Source: a virus. From it: DNA of 61,754 nt. Each line of letters begins with the position of its first letter. Position 1 is the first letter of the stretch. A model generated the notes under the pieces. It had not been told where the DNA came from. It did not search any database and worked only from the letters and a program-made list of their open reading frames with translations. Shown piece by piece: positions 27,871 through 37,925 of this stretch. The stretch covers positions 1-61,754 of IMG/VR virus record IMGVR_UViG_3300044983_000045; one strand, given 5' to 3'. Both the position numbers and the translations under genes were made by a program.

Positions 27871-28593
27871 ATGGCTACCGACTTAGAAAAGCGCGAGCGC
27901 CAAAAGGCGTACTACCTCGCAAACCGCGACAGGATTATCGCGCGGGTGTGTGAGCGTGCGCGCGAGAAGGCGGCGGAGATCAAGGCGTACAAGCAGGCGT
28001 GGCAGGCGAAGAACGCCGAGCGGATTGCAGCGAAGAAGCGGGTCTATCAAGCCGAGCATCGCGACGACATCTCCGCTTACCACAAGGCGCGATACGCCGC
28101 ATCTCCAGAAGCAGCCAAAGCTCGCTCCATCGCCTACAACAAGGCACACGCAGCCAACGTACGTGCGGCGAATAAAGCCTACCGTAGTGCCAATAAGCAC
28201 AAGATCGCGGCTGCTAAACGCGAGCACCAGGCCGCCAACGCAAAGCGATTGAACGAGATCAGTCGATCGTACTACCGAGAGAACAGGAATGTGCTCAGGC
28301 CAAAGATGAACGCCTATATGAAGGGGTTTCGCCTGAGGCATCCAGAGAAGCACGCTGAAAAGGAAGCGCGCCGAAGAGCTCAGAAGAAGCTGACGCAGGT
28401 CGAGAAGGTCGACTACAGGCAGATCTTGGAGGACTCGCGCGGTTTGTGCGGCATCTGTCGCAAGCCTCTTGATTTGTTCGGCATCGATTTCGACCATATC
28501 GTTCCTTTGGCCCGTGGTGGATCTCACACGCGCCAGAACCTGCAAGCGACGCACTCGTATTGCAACCGCGCTAAAGGCGCAAGGACGGCATGA
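27871..28593 (+). CDS. HNH endonuclease with N-terminal basic helical repeats (free-standing, homing-endonuclease-like)
   Basis: C-terminal CGICRKPL...DFDHIVPLARGGSHTRQNLQATHSYCNRAKG. The N-terminus has reiterated (K/R)AY..AN...I.A.K(R) units. It is inserted between the chaperone and tape measure genes. Confidence 0.8.
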   Translation: MATDLEKRERQKAYYLANRDRIIARVCERAREKAAEIKAYKQAWQAKNAERIAAKKRVYQAEHRDDISAYHKARYAASPEAAKARSIAYNKAHAANVRAANKAYRSANKHKIAAAKREHQAANAKRLNEISRSYYRENRNVLRPKMNAYMKGFRLRHPEKHAEKEARRRAQKKLTQVEKVDYRQILEDSRGLCGICRKPLDLFGIDFDHIVPLARGGSHTRQNLQATHSYCNRAKGARTA

Positions 28594-28596
28594 ACT

Positions 28597-31500
28597 TTGG
28601 CGGTCACCGCAAAATTTAGTGCAGATTTTTCGTCCTTCATCCAAGCCATCGACAAGGCTGAAATCGCGCTCGTCGACTTCGGTAAGGGTGCGGGGAAGGT
28701 CGAATCGTCGCTCAACCGCATGGTTGACAATTTTTCAGGGCGCAAACTGGTGCAAGAGGCGTCTTTGATGACGATCGCGGTGGAGAAGGCCGGAGGTGTC
28801 GCGAAGCTGACGGCACAGGAGATCGAACGGGTCGGCGCGAAGGCGAACGAAGCCGCCGACAAGATGAAGCGGCTGGGCTATGAGGTGCCGGCTGGACTGC
28901 AGAAGCTCGCAGACGAAACGAAAAATGCGTCCGTTGAGACGGACAGCCTTGGTTTGTCGTTTACCAAGTTCGTCGGCGGGCTCGTCACCGCGCAAGCCAT
29001 CCTCGGCGCCATCAAGGGCGTGTTCAACGCGTTCACTGGTGAAATTTCGTCTTCGATCAAAGCGGCTGGCGATGCGGAAAAGGCACATGTCCAACTCGTC
29101 GCCGCGCTGCGCGCCCAAGGGACAGCAGTCCCGAGCGTCATCACTGCGTTTCAGGGTTACGCGACGGCGCTTCAGAAGACGACGATCTATCAGGACGACG
29201 CCGTTGAGAGTGCGGCGGCCCTTCTCGTCACGATCGGCAATGTCATGCCGCGCGATATGGAGAAGGCACTGAAGGCGACGACAAATCTTGCGTCCGGTCT
29301 CGGGATCGATCTGGACTCGGCCGCGCGCACGGTCGCAAAAGCGGCGGAAGGGAACACGACGGCCTTACGGAAGGTCGGCGTGGTCATGGACGACACGAAA
29401 GGCAAGACGCACGACTTCGGCCAAGTGCTCGACGCGATAACGGCGAAGTTCGGCGGGCAGGCGGAAGCGATCGCCGGGACGTATCAGGGGCGCCTAGCGC
29501 AACTCGGAAACACTTGGAACAACGTCGAAGAGTCGATTGGGCGCGTCATCACGCAGAACGCGACCGTACTCAAGGCGATGAACAGTGTCAATACGTTAAT
29601 CGATGAACAGACGGGCGAACTAAACGAAAACGCGACCGCAAATAATCTTGTGTCGACATCGGTGATCGGACTAGTGAAGGTGATGGCCGGGTTAGCACAG
29701 GCTGTCGAGTCAGTCGTGGGTGTATTTGAACCGCTGAATCTGGCTGCAGCGAAATTCGAACGGATCAAGCTGAACCTTTCCGATCCGTTGGGGCAAAGCA
29801 TTGAGGTGAGCGTTAGGCTCAAGGAAGTCAATGCGGACATCGACGCGATGACGGCGAGCATCGCGAAGGGCGGAGATGGCGGAAAGGGCCTAGCCAAGAC
29901 ACTCAACGATCTAGCGGCCAAACTCGAAGAGACCCGCGGTAAGACGGTCGCCCTCTCCGACGTGACCGACGGCGCTGCGAATGCGTGGAATCGTCACACC
30001 GTGGCCGTTCATCAAACGTCAGAAGCCGAGAAGAAATTCGCCGAGGCGATGGCGGAACTCAACTCGGCAGGCGAAGGTTGGCGCGGCACGCTGGACGGCA
30101 TTGACGGCGCCGTTGTGGAGTCGGTCAAGTCTTACATCGCCGCCAATGTCGAGCAGGACAAGCTGGCGACAGCCTTTGGCCTCACGGCCGTTCAGGTGAA
30201 GGCTATTGAATCCGCGTTCAAGGCCGAGAAGGAAGCCGCGAAGGACATTCAGGAGATCCACAACAAGATCGAAGCTGGCCTCTACGGGATACATACCGCC
30301 GTCGCGTTCGTCGATGAATCAGAACTGAAATGGGTCGAGACACAAATTAAGGTCGCCGACGCACTGAAGATGGTCGAGCGGAGTATCCCATCTGCTGTCG
30401 CTGGGTTCTACAGTCTCGGCGGAAGCCTTGAGAATGTTGGCCAGAAATCAACAGAGATCGATCAGATCCGAGTGAAGCTGAAGTTGTTTGAGTCGACGGC
30501 GACAGCGGTCTTTCAGCGATTACCGCAGACGTTGATCGCCGCGTTCACAGGCGGGGGCGGCATCATCGGTGGGCTTAAGGCGTTCGGGACCGATATGGGC
30601 GCAGCGCTCTTTGGACCGAAAGGTGCTTTCGCCAGTGTCACGAAAAGCGCGACGGCTGGTCTGACGAAGCTGTTTGGCAGCACGATCGGCGGGGCGCTCG
30701 GCGCGGCGATTCCCGGTATCGGAGCCCTGATCGGTCCGGCCATCGAAGGGCTCAGTAAACTCTTCGGCAAAATCTTCGGCGGCCCGTCACAGGCTGAACT
30801 CGACGGCCGGAAGCTCGAAGCCTCCTTTGAAGCGCAGTTCGGCAGCTTCCAGAAGATGCTCAACGCGGTCGGAGACGTCTACAAAGCCACAGGCCGCACG
30901 TACGAGATGGCAACGGCCGACGTCAAGGCGCTGCTGGACGCGGAGAAACAGGGCGGCGCCGCTGTCCAGACCGTGCTTGACAAGATCAACGGCGCCTTCA
31001 ACGAACAGGCCCAAGACGCTGCGGACTTGACAGCCGCGATCGAGAAGTACGGATTCACGATCGAACAACTCGGTCCGGCGATGCAGAAGCAGAAGCTGGA
31101 CGATCAAGCGAAGGAGCTCGCGAACTCGTGGCGGCTGTTGGTCGGCTCTGGTATTGACGTCGTGGCCGTCGATCAGAAGATGGCCGCGACGACCTGGGAC
31201 TACCTCCAGATTGCCAAGAAGACGGGGCAGGAAGTGCCGGCGGCGATGAAGCCGATCATCCAGTCGATGCTCGACCAAGGCGTGTTCACCGATGAGGCCG
31301 GGAACAAACTGACCGACATGGCGCAACTCGGGATCAAGTTCTCCGAGACGATGTCGGCCGGGTTCGATCGGGTGGTGGACAAACTCCAGACGTTACTGGA
31401 AGGGCTCGGGCTCGTCCCGAAAGCACTCGACGCGATTCCAAATACGAAGACGATCGACATCGGGTTCAACGTAGCCAACCCACCGAACTATCGCGATGGC

Positions 31501-31875
31501 GACAACTACGCCGCACACGGAGGACTCGTCACTAACACCGGCATCCAGTACCTCGCCGGCGGAGGGAACGTCCTTCGGTGGCGTCCCCGTGGCTCGGACA
31601 CGGTCCCCGCGATGTTGACACCCGGCGAAGGTGTCGTCAGTCGCCGCGGGATGCAGACGCTGGGAGCAGACGGGCTATCGAAGTTGAATGCGGGTGGATC
31701 GGCTGGTGCGCGGACGATCTCATTCGGCGACGTCAACATCATCATCCCGCCAGGCACAAACGTCAACGATCCGCAGGCACTTGCGCTGGTGATTCAGCGC
31801 ATCCTACGCGGTGATGTGGCCGGCACGACGACGGCACTCGAAATCCTTGTCGACCGAAGGATCGCCGCAGCATGA
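28597..31875 (+). CDS. Tape measure protein
   Basis: 1092 aa, helical and Ala/Gly-rich, with a glycine-rich hydrophobic segment (GGGGIIGGLKAFG...GGALGAAIPGIGALIGPAIEG). TTG start directly after the HNH stop. Canonical position. Confidence 0.85.
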   Translation: MAVTAKFSADFSSFIQAIDKAEIALVDFGKGAGKVESSLNRMVDNFSGRKLVQEASLMTIAVEKAGGVAKLTAQEIERVGAKANEAADKMKRLGYEVPAGLQKLADETKNASVETDSLGLSFTKFVGGLVTAQAILGAIKGVFNAFTGEISSSIKAAGDAEKAHVQLVAALRAQGTAVPSVITAFQGYATALQKTTIYQDDAVESAAALLVTIGNVMPRDMEKALKATTNLASGLGIDLDSAARTVAKAAEGNTTALRKVGVVMDDTKGKTHDFGQVLDAITAKFGGQAEAIAGTYQGRLAQLGNTWNNVEESIGRVITQNATVLKAMNSVNTLIDEQTGELNENATANNLVSTSVIGLVKVMAGLAQAVESVVGVFEPLNLAAAKFERIKLNLSDPLGQSIEVSVRLKEVNADIDAMTASIAKGGDGGKGLAKTLNDLAAKLEETRGKTVALSDVTDGAANAWNRHTVAVHQTSEAEKKFAEAMAELNSAGEGWRGTLDGIDGAVVESVKSYIAANVEQDKLATAFGLTAVQVKAIESAFKAEKEAAKDIQEIHNKIEAGLYGIHTAVAFVDESELKWVETQIKVADALKMVERSIPSAVAGFYSLGGSLENVGQKSTEIDQIRVKLKLFESTATAVFQRLPQTLIAAFTGGGGIIGGLKAFGTDMGAALFGPKGAFASVTKSATAGLTKLFGSTIGGALGAAIPGIGALIGPAIEGLSKLFGKIFGGPSQAELDGRKLEASFEAQFGSFQKMLNAVGDVYKATGRTYEMATADVKALLDAEKQGGAAVQTVLDKINGAFNEQAQDAADLTAAIEKYGFTIEQLGPAMQKQKLDDQAKELANSWRLLVGSGIDVVAVDQKMAATTWDYLQIAKKTGQEVPAAMKPIIQSMLDQGVFTDEAGNKLTDMAQLGIKFSETMSAGFDRVVDKLQTLLEGLGLVPKALDAIPNTKTIDIGFNVANPPNYRDGDNYAAHGGLVTNTGIQYLAGGGNVLRWRPRGSDTVPAMLTPGEGVVSRRGMQTLGADGLSKLNAGGSAGARTISFGDVNIIIPPGTNVNDPQALALVIQRILRGDVAGTTTALEILVDRRIAAA

Positions 31876-32723
31876 GTGCCCTCTATAACCTCCCAACGGA
31901 CAACGTTGCTGGGAACGCGACATGGGCAGCCATCGCCAGCGCGGATACGGCCTATCCCGCGTCGAATATCTCCCTACTGACGGACCTCGATCGCGGCAAC
32001 CCGGCGAAGCTCACGATCAAGACGGCCGGTGGCTGGTATGGCAGTTTTGCGTCTTCTCCTGGCGTGCAGATCGTCGTCCTCTGGCATAACGGAGACGCCG
32101 GTCAAACCGTCAAGATCGAGTCCCATACATCGACGCTCTCGAATCCGGTGACGGCGGCGACGATGTCCACGACGCTTACTCTGCCAGCGGTGCGCGAAGA
32201 CGGCTATTTCGTCAAGGTCTTCAAAGACATCACTGGCGTGTCAGGTTATTCGGCGACACATCTTCACTGGAGGATCTACTTCCCGGTATCAGGCGCGAAC
32301 AACACGCAGAACTGGGGACTCAAGGTCTGGATGGGCAGCACCATCCGAACCTTGGATCGGTCGCTGCAATCGCCGACACGCAAACCCGATCAGCATCAGC
32401 GGCTCCATCTGCCGACCGATTACGGCTACTCGTGGCGCTACGACCTCCAAGGCGCTCCGCGTCAACTGAGCGGCACCATTGGGACCAAGAAGGGCACGTC
32501 GTGGGAGAACCTGTTGTCGTGGTATCGGGCATCGAGCGGGTCCGTGAAGCCCATGTTGTTCGTGCCTGACATCTCGGAGAATGACGCATGGATCGCGCAG
32601 TTCGGGGCGACCGGGTCAGGTGTCGGAACGGATCAACTGGACGCCACGATGACCATTCCGAACTACAACCCGATCATCTTCTCCATTGAGGAAGTCACGG
32701 CCGGTGGGCCGGAGTGGACGTAG
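31872..32723 (+). CDS. Distal tail protein candidate
   Basis: 283-aa ORF coupled by ATGA to the tape measure gene. Function assigned by position only. Confidence 0.5.
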   Translation: MSALYNLPTDNVAGNATWAAIASADTAYPASNISLLTDLDRGNPAKLTIKTAGGWYGSFASSPGVQIVVLWHNGDAGQTVKIESHTSTLSNPVTAATMSTTLTLPAVREDGYFVKVFKDITGVSGYSATHLHWRIYFPVSGANNTQNWGLKVWMGSTIRTLDRSLQSPTRKPDQHQRLHLPTDYGYSWRYDLQGAPRQLSGTIGTKKGTSWENLLSWYRASSGSVKPMLFVPDISENDAWIAQFGATGSGVGTDQLDATMTIPNYNPIIFSIEEVTAGGPEWT

Positions 32724-32921
32724 ATGCCGAGCCATCCTGATCGCGTCAGGCGGAACTACGAAGAGTCGAAGCCGTGGCGGTCGAACGATGCCGTAGCGAC
32801 CTTCCGCGCCTCGTTTTCTGAAGATGCGGTCCGCATGATCTTTCACGGGCCACTTTATAGCGGTCCTGACGATGACACGCTGACCGGTGCGTGGCCGGCG
32901 AAGCCTGTGGACGAGATCTGA
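32724..32921 (+). CDS. Hypothetical small protein
   Basis: 65-aa ORF starting immediately after the upstream TAG. Confidence 0.4.
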   Translation: MPSHPDRVRRNYEESKPWRSNDAVATFRASFSEDAVRMIFHGPLYSGPDDDTLTGAWPAKPVDEI

Positions 32922-32922
32922 G

Positions 32923-33708
32923 ATGCCAGCCCAGATCGTCACGAATCGGCAGTTTTGTTCACCCTCTGCGGCGGCGGCGCCGACCGTGGCGGCAGCCGGC
33001 GTCGCGTGGACGAATACCGCAGCGGTGGAGCTCGCGGCGACGACCGATGTCACATGGATCCTCACCGGGTTCAACCTCTGGTCGAACTTCAACGCGGCCG
33101 TGACAATCGACGGCGAAGTCGACTTCCTGACCGGGGCCTCATTGAACGTCGTCATCGGCACGTTCCCATTCCGTGCGAAGGGCGGCGTGCTGCTCTTCTA
33201 CGACGACATCTGGTTCCCGATTGGCATCGACAACCTGAACGGTCGCCACGGGTTCAGGATTCGCACGAGTGGGACGCGTACGGATACGTGGAGCGTCAAG
33301 GCGAAGTATTACAAGAACCCGATCAACGGGCTATACCAAATCACGCGGCAGTTGATGCGCGTCACGTCACCCAGCGCGGTGCCGGTGACCTGTACGTCCG
33401 GTGCGTCCGCGTGGCAGAACGGATCGGCGGTGACGCTGATGGCGTCGGCGGCGTCCGATCTGGTCATCACGCACATGCTGCTGGGGTACGCGTCTAACTC
33501 GCAGATGGAAGTGGATCTGCTGGTGAATTCGGTCGCCGTCTACACCTTCCGGCTTCAGCTCGAGAACCTCGGAGCACCCTATAACTTCGTTCTGCCGAAT
33601 CCGTTCGGCAATGTGGCAGTTGGCGATCTCGTACAGGTCCGTTCACGAGCCAAGACGGGCAGTTCCGACGTCGTCGCGAAGGCGACGTACTTCCATAAAC
33701 CACTATGA
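32923..33708 (+). CDS. Tail/baseplate structural protein with two copies of a ~125-aa beta domain
   Basis: Internal duplication. Both halves end in G.[RL][VF].[VI]R[ST][RS]......[VW].[VA]KA.Y[YF]. It is paralogous to the N-terminus of the next gene. Confidence 0.55.
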   Translation: MPAQIVTNRQFCSPSAAAAPTVAAAGVAWTNTAAVELAATTDVTWILTGFNLWSNFNAAVTIDGEVDFLTGASLNVVIGTFPFRAKGGVLLFYDDIWFPIGIDNLNGRHGFRIRTSGTRTDTWSVKAKYYKNPINGLYQITRQLMRVTSPSAVPVTCTSGASAWQNGSAVTLMASAASDLVITHMLLGYASNSQMEVDLLVNSVAVYTFRLQLENLGAPYNFVLPNPFGNVAVGDLVQVRSRAKTGSSDVVAKATYFHKPL

Positions 33709-36281
33709 GTGTCGTCACTAATAGTGCGTTGCTCTCGGCGCCGGCTGCCGCGGATGCCGTGGCGGTGACGACTGGAGGCTCGGCGTTTGCCTATGGCGCC
33801 TGGGTCGAAGTGCTCGCGGCGACGACTAATCCCGCCGAGATCGCCGGCGTCATCATTACGCCGTCTGGCGGTAGCACCTGGTCAAACGCTCGGCTCGATG
33901 TTGACGTGGGGATCGGGATCTCCGGCCACGAAGTCTCCGTCGACTGTCCCATCCCACTCACTTTAGGTAACAGCGGCGGCCAAGGCAGCACGAAGACGCA
34001 TATGTTGCCGGCGCCGGTCAGGGACAAGATCCCTCTCGGGGCACGCGTGTCACTTCGAACAAGGGGTGACGCTGGTCTGGTCAGTACGACGTTCGCGTTC
34101 GCGCTGCAGTACTTCCAGGGGCTGGATAGCGATCACAGCGTGCCATACGGGACGATCGCCTACCCGACCGCCGCAAGCCCAGTGACCGTGACGCCGAACG
34201 GCACCGCGTGGGTCAACTCAACAAAGCAGGTGCTATCAGCGGCGGTCACGAACGACACGCTGGTGTACGGGCTTGGAGTGTATCCGCCGAACACCTGCTT
34301 CGACTACGAACTCGACATCTTGATCGGCGGCGCTGGAGTAGAGGTCGCCATCGACACATTGTCTGGTCCAGGGCCAGTCAATGGCGGTTTGCTGCAAACA
34401 CTGTTTCTTCCGGCACTGAAGTTAATCGCCGCCGGGACGCGGGTCACTGTGCAGCAACGGTGGAACAGCACGAGCACGAATACGTTCAAGGTCGTTTTGC
34501 TGGCCTACGACGCGCCGGCCGCAGTCGCGCCACCCTCCCCGGCCAACGACTATCCCTGCGGTATAAAGACGCCCGTCTTCTGGGGGGCACTCTCAGCGGC
34601 GGGTAGTGTGTTTCAGTTCAGCTATCAACCGCTCCGTGACGACAGCACGTACTACGGCGGCTACAAAACGCCGCGGCTGTTGACTATGGGGCCGATCACC
34701 AAGGTCGGGAGTGATTGGTTGACGGGCGCGTGGCAAGCGCAGACGGCCATGATGAAACTAGCGGATGCGGATCACTACTTCCGCAATCTCTCACGACCCT
34801 CGCTGATGAATGCGCGGGCGTACTTCTACCTACAGTCCGAAGCCACACGTCTGGCTCAGGGCAATCCGACGCTGCTGTTCCAGGGACCGATCTACGACGA
34901 TCCGATGACGGAGCACCTGACCTACACGGTGCAGGCCAACGACTTCATCAGTGTCGACTACAACCTGTTCAAAGAAGACAAACTGATCCCGCAGCGGACG
35001 ATCGAAGAGGACTTCCCGAATCGACCTGCGTCAAGTATCGGCTTCGGCATTCCGATTATTGGCGGGATCGTCAGTGATGCCGGAGACCCGACACCGAGAG
35101 GCGCGACCAAGGCGATCAACGCTGGTGTCATGTCCATCGGCGGCACGAACTACGTGATCATGATCTGCGCTGGTCATGCCTGCGCTGGTGGCATCATCCA
35201 AGCCTACGACGACGCCGGAGCGGTCCTGACGTGGGGGTCGGACGCCTACGCACCTGGGCAGAGCAACTGGACGACGATCCAGCCGTCCGGGGCGCTGTTC
35301 TTCGACATCAACGGCAACCGCTACACGTTCATCGCGATCCTCGCATCAGGAACACTCGGCACGCGGCTGATGGACCCGACCGATTCAACCGCTGCGGTGT
35401 ATTTCAACGCGAACGGTATGGAGCCAAACGCCGACGGATCGGGAACGGTCATCGTCGACCTCCTAACGCTCTACAAGTACCTGCTGATTCAGCATCTCAT
35501 TCAGGTCTACCGATCTGGCTCGTGGCTCACGACACCGACGTTCCCCTTCTACCCTGGCACGCCTGGAACGACGTCACCCGTGGTCAACGAGGCCAGCTTC
35601 GCGACGGCCAGTACGGTGTCTGGCACCTATCTCGGCGGCGGGTTCCTCGGAGGATTTGTCATCGGGGCAAACGGTCGACGGACGTCGATTCGAGACGTGC
35701 TCAAGGCCGCGAACGTCTCCTGTAACGTCCTGATGGGCATCAACGCGCAATCGCAAATCTTCGTGAAGATGTTCAGTACATCACGGTCGACACTGCTCGG
35801 CTCAGCACGCACGGTCACGGATCGCCGGGACGTGCTGAGCTCGCCTCCGTTCGCGCTGTCGCATCGGTCGGATTGGTTCGCTAATGATCTCGGGTATCAG
35901 TGGAAAGAAAACTACCGAGACGACAACACCGGGCAGTGGGGCGCCAGCGACAGCCAAGGCCATGCGCCATCGAAGGTGAAGTACGGCGTCGTCACGCGTC
36001 GAGAGACGTATCCGTTGATTCGAGATACAGCCACGGCTGCGGCGGTCGCCGGGCAGCGGTTGACGTTTGGTGGGGCGGATCCACCGCAACTCGTGCAGTG
36101 GTCACAGTCGCTCTGCGGACTGGCGAATGATTTACTGGCCGGCGTGCCGATCACGCACTACAGCGGGTCAGGTCCGGCCGGCTGGAGCGCGAACGCGGTG
36201 TGGATGATCGGGCAGACGATAGACCCGGCGACGTGTCGGGTGACGATGACGGGGATCGATGTACAGGGGTTGGTATCGTGA
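33705..36281 (+). CDS. Large tail tip / host-specificity protein
   Basis: 858 aa, coupled by ATGA. The N-terminal ~270 aa repeat the same beta domain twice (GARVSLRTRGDAGLVSTTFAFALQYF; GTRVTVQQRWNSTSTNTFKVVLLAY). The remainder is large and beta-rich. Confidence 0.6.
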   Translation: MSVVTNSALLSAPAAADAVAVTTGGSAFAYGAWVEVLAATTNPAEIAGVIITPSGGSTWSNARLDVDVGIGISGHEVSVDCPIPLTLGNSGGQGSTKTHMLPAPVRDKIPLGARVSLRTRGDAGLVSTTFAFALQYFQGLDSDHSVPYGTIAYPTAASPVTVTPNGTAWVNSTKQVLSAAVTNDTLVYGLGVYPPNTCFDYELDILIGGAGVEVAIDTLSGPGPVNGGLLQTLFLPALKLIAAGTRVTVQQRWNSTSTNTFKVVLLAYDAPAAVAPPSPANDYPCGIKTPVFWGALSAAGSVFQFSYQPLRDDSTYYGGYKTPRLLTMGPITKVGSDWLTGAWQAQTAMMKLADADHYFRNLSRPSLMNARAYFYLQSEATRLAQGNPTLLFQGPIYDDPMTEHLTYTVQANDFISVDYNLFKEDKLIPQRTIEEDFPNRPASSIGFGIPIIGGIVSDAGDPTPRGATKAINAGVMSIGGTNYVIMICAGHACAGGIIQAYDDAGAVLTWGSDAYAPGQSNWTTIQPSGALFFDINGNRYTFIAILASGTLGTRLMDPTDSTAAVYFNANGMEPNADGSGTVIVDLLTLYKYLLIQHLIQVYRSGSWLTTPTFPFYPGTPGTTSPVVNEASFATASTVSGTYLGGGFLGGFVIGANGRRTSIRDVLKAANVSCNVLMGINAQSQIFVKMFSTSRSTLLGSARTVTDRRDVLSSPPFALSHRSDWFANDLGYQWKENYRDDNTGQWGASDSQGHAPSKVKYGVVTRRETYPLIRDTATAAAVAGQRLTFGGADPPQLVQWSQSLCGLANDLLAGVPITHYSGSGPAGWSANAVWMIGQTIDPATCRVTMTGIDVQGLVS

Positions 36282-36434
36282 TCTGATTAGGAAGACCGAA
36301 GCGGGCCGCCGGATCCGGACAAGGGAAACCGGCGACCCTGACCGCAAGTTTCCGCGTGACGAGACGCGGCCTCTCACGGCTGGCGTGAGATTAGCCGATC
36401 TGTTCACCGGACCGTATGGCCTGAAAAGGGACAG

Positions 36435-36815
36435 TTGGCTGATATGTCGAGAGATTCAGGGGACGACGACATGGAGTTCGCGGCCGGCCGGCGCGATTAC
36501 GACATTCGCCTTCGGCGTCTGGAGGATCTCGTCCAGGCGCTGGACAAGATCGTGGCCGTCACGGACGTACGGGTGCAGGGGTTGATGCAGACGTTGGAGT
36601 CCCGGTTCAAAGCCTTCGATCATGGGCAATCGCTGATTCTCTCGAAGCTCAACGAGACATCACCAGTCACCGTGACAACGTCGCTGGCACACCGCATCGA
36701 GAACCTCGAGGAGCTGCGGTCTCAGGCGCAAGGCGCGATCTGGCTGGCGAGAATTATCGGAGCGACGTGGATCGTCGGCGCGGCGGTGTGGATTTACAAG
36801 ATGCTGCACGGATAA
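36435..36815 (+). CDS. Coiled-coil protein with C-terminal transmembrane anchor
   Basis: The C-terminus AIWLARIIGATWIVGAAVWIYKML is a TM helix. The start is uncertain (TTG 36435 or ATG 36444). Confidence 0.5.
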   Translation: MADMSRDSGDDDMEFAAGRRDYDIRLRRLEDLVQALDKIVAVTDVRVQGLMQTLESRFKAFDHGQSLILSKLNETSPVTVTTSLAHRIENLEELRSQAQGAIWLARIIGATWIVGAAVWIYKMLHG

Positions 36816-36818
36816 CAC

Positions 36819-37355
36819 ATGGCTACGGATGCACGCGTGCCCACGTCTGACGGACCGAGTCGCGGCGGATGGTCGCTCGAAACGGCGATTGACTATCTGC
36901 TGGCCGTCATTGGGGAGAAACACGAACACACGCGCACGCTGATCGCGGGGAATGACAAACGGTACGAGGAACGGTTCGCCGCGTCTCAGAAGGCGTTGGA
37001 ACTCGGCCTCGCTGGTCAGAAGTCTGAGATTAGCGCGGCGTTGGCCGCCGCGGATCGCGCGGTGCAGAAAGCGGAGACGGCGACGGAGCGTCGGTTTGAG
37101 GGCGTGAACGAATTTAGAGGCGCACTCGACAGCCAGCAGCGAACCTTAATCACGCGCTCGGAAGTTGACGTCACGGTGAAGGGGCTCGAAGAGAAGATCG
37201 GCAGCATCACGAAGATCATTGACGGTCTTCAGGCGGACTACCGGGAACAACTCTCGGAACGGAAGGGCGTGGTTGGCGGCTGGGGTTATGCGGTCGGAGC
37301 GGCTGGTCTGATTATCGCGCTGGCCTCATTCGGGTTGCGACTGGCGGGGAAGTAA
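36819..37355 (+). CDS. Coiled-coil protein with C-terminal transmembrane anchor
   Basis: 178 aa, helical, with C-terminal GGWGYAVGAAGLIIALASFGLRLAGK. Same architecture as the preceding ORF. Confidence 0.55.
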   Translation: MATDARVPTSDGPSRGGWSLETAIDYLLAVIGEKHEHTRTLIAGNDKRYEERFAASQKALELGLAGQKSEISAALAAADRAVQKAETATERRFEGVNEFRGALDSQQRTLITRSEVDVTVKGLEEKIGSITKIIDGLQADYREQLSERKGVVGGWGYAVGAAGLIIALASFGLRLAGK

Positions 37356-37370
37356 CAAGGAGAACTCACA

Positions 37371-37508
37371 TGCTCACATCGGTCTTTCTACTCGTCCTCG
37401 CGGCGTTCATTGTCACGATTGCCAATGCGGTCGGCAAGGCTCCGCTATGGGTTGCCGTGCTGCTGTTGGTAATGGTGGAACTGTTGCGAGTCGTGCCGGT
37501 CGGGCGAT
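37371..37508 (+). CDS. Small two-TM membrane protein (holin-like candidate; below the ORF-track size cut-off)
   Basis: AAGGAG lies 8 nt upstream of ATG 37371. The 45 aa are MLTSVFLLVLAAFIVTIANAVGKAPLWVAVLLLVMVELLRVVPVGR. Confidence 0.55.
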
Positions 37509-37518
37509 GAAGTGCTGT

Positions 37519-37794
37519 CTAGCGGGGCTCTGGGTCGTTGCGATATTCCGACTCTCCGCGATCAAGCACGAGAGCTCGACTGACCGTGAACGGCTTGGAC
37601 GCATTGTCAGCGCGCTCTGCATGTTCGTGCGGTCCGTACACCGAAGAGCCGTCTCCGTGGAAGTTCAGCGCGACGTCGATCTCTTTCACCTCGGAAGGCG
37701 CGAGGTCTTCGAATCCGTCCTCGTAACCTCGTACAAGCACGCGAAGGTCATCGGGCTTCCGAGCGAGGATGTCGCGCAATTCCTTAACGGTCAT
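37519..37794 (-). CDS. Hypothetical small protein (antisense to the + strand ORF 37505..37929; see findings)
   Basis: MTVKELRDILARKPDDLRVLVRGYEDGFEDL...VALNFHGDGSSVYGPHEH reads like a natural globular protein. The opposite-strand translation is Arg/Cys-rich in this stretch. Confidence 0.45.
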   Translation of the reverse strand: MTVKELRDILARKPDDLRVLVRGYEDGFEDLAPSEVKEIDVALNFHGDGSSVYGPHEHAERADNASKPFTVSRALVLDRGESEYRNDPEPR

Positions 37795-37925
37795 GCGCCG
37801 ATTCTACAACAGGACTCACCTCGGTGCCCCAAATGTGGTGAAGAAAACTTCGGCCTGCATCGCCCAATCGAACGCATCGGTTACGAGTGGTTCTGCAACA
37901 CCTGTTCGCATTCGTGGAGACAACT

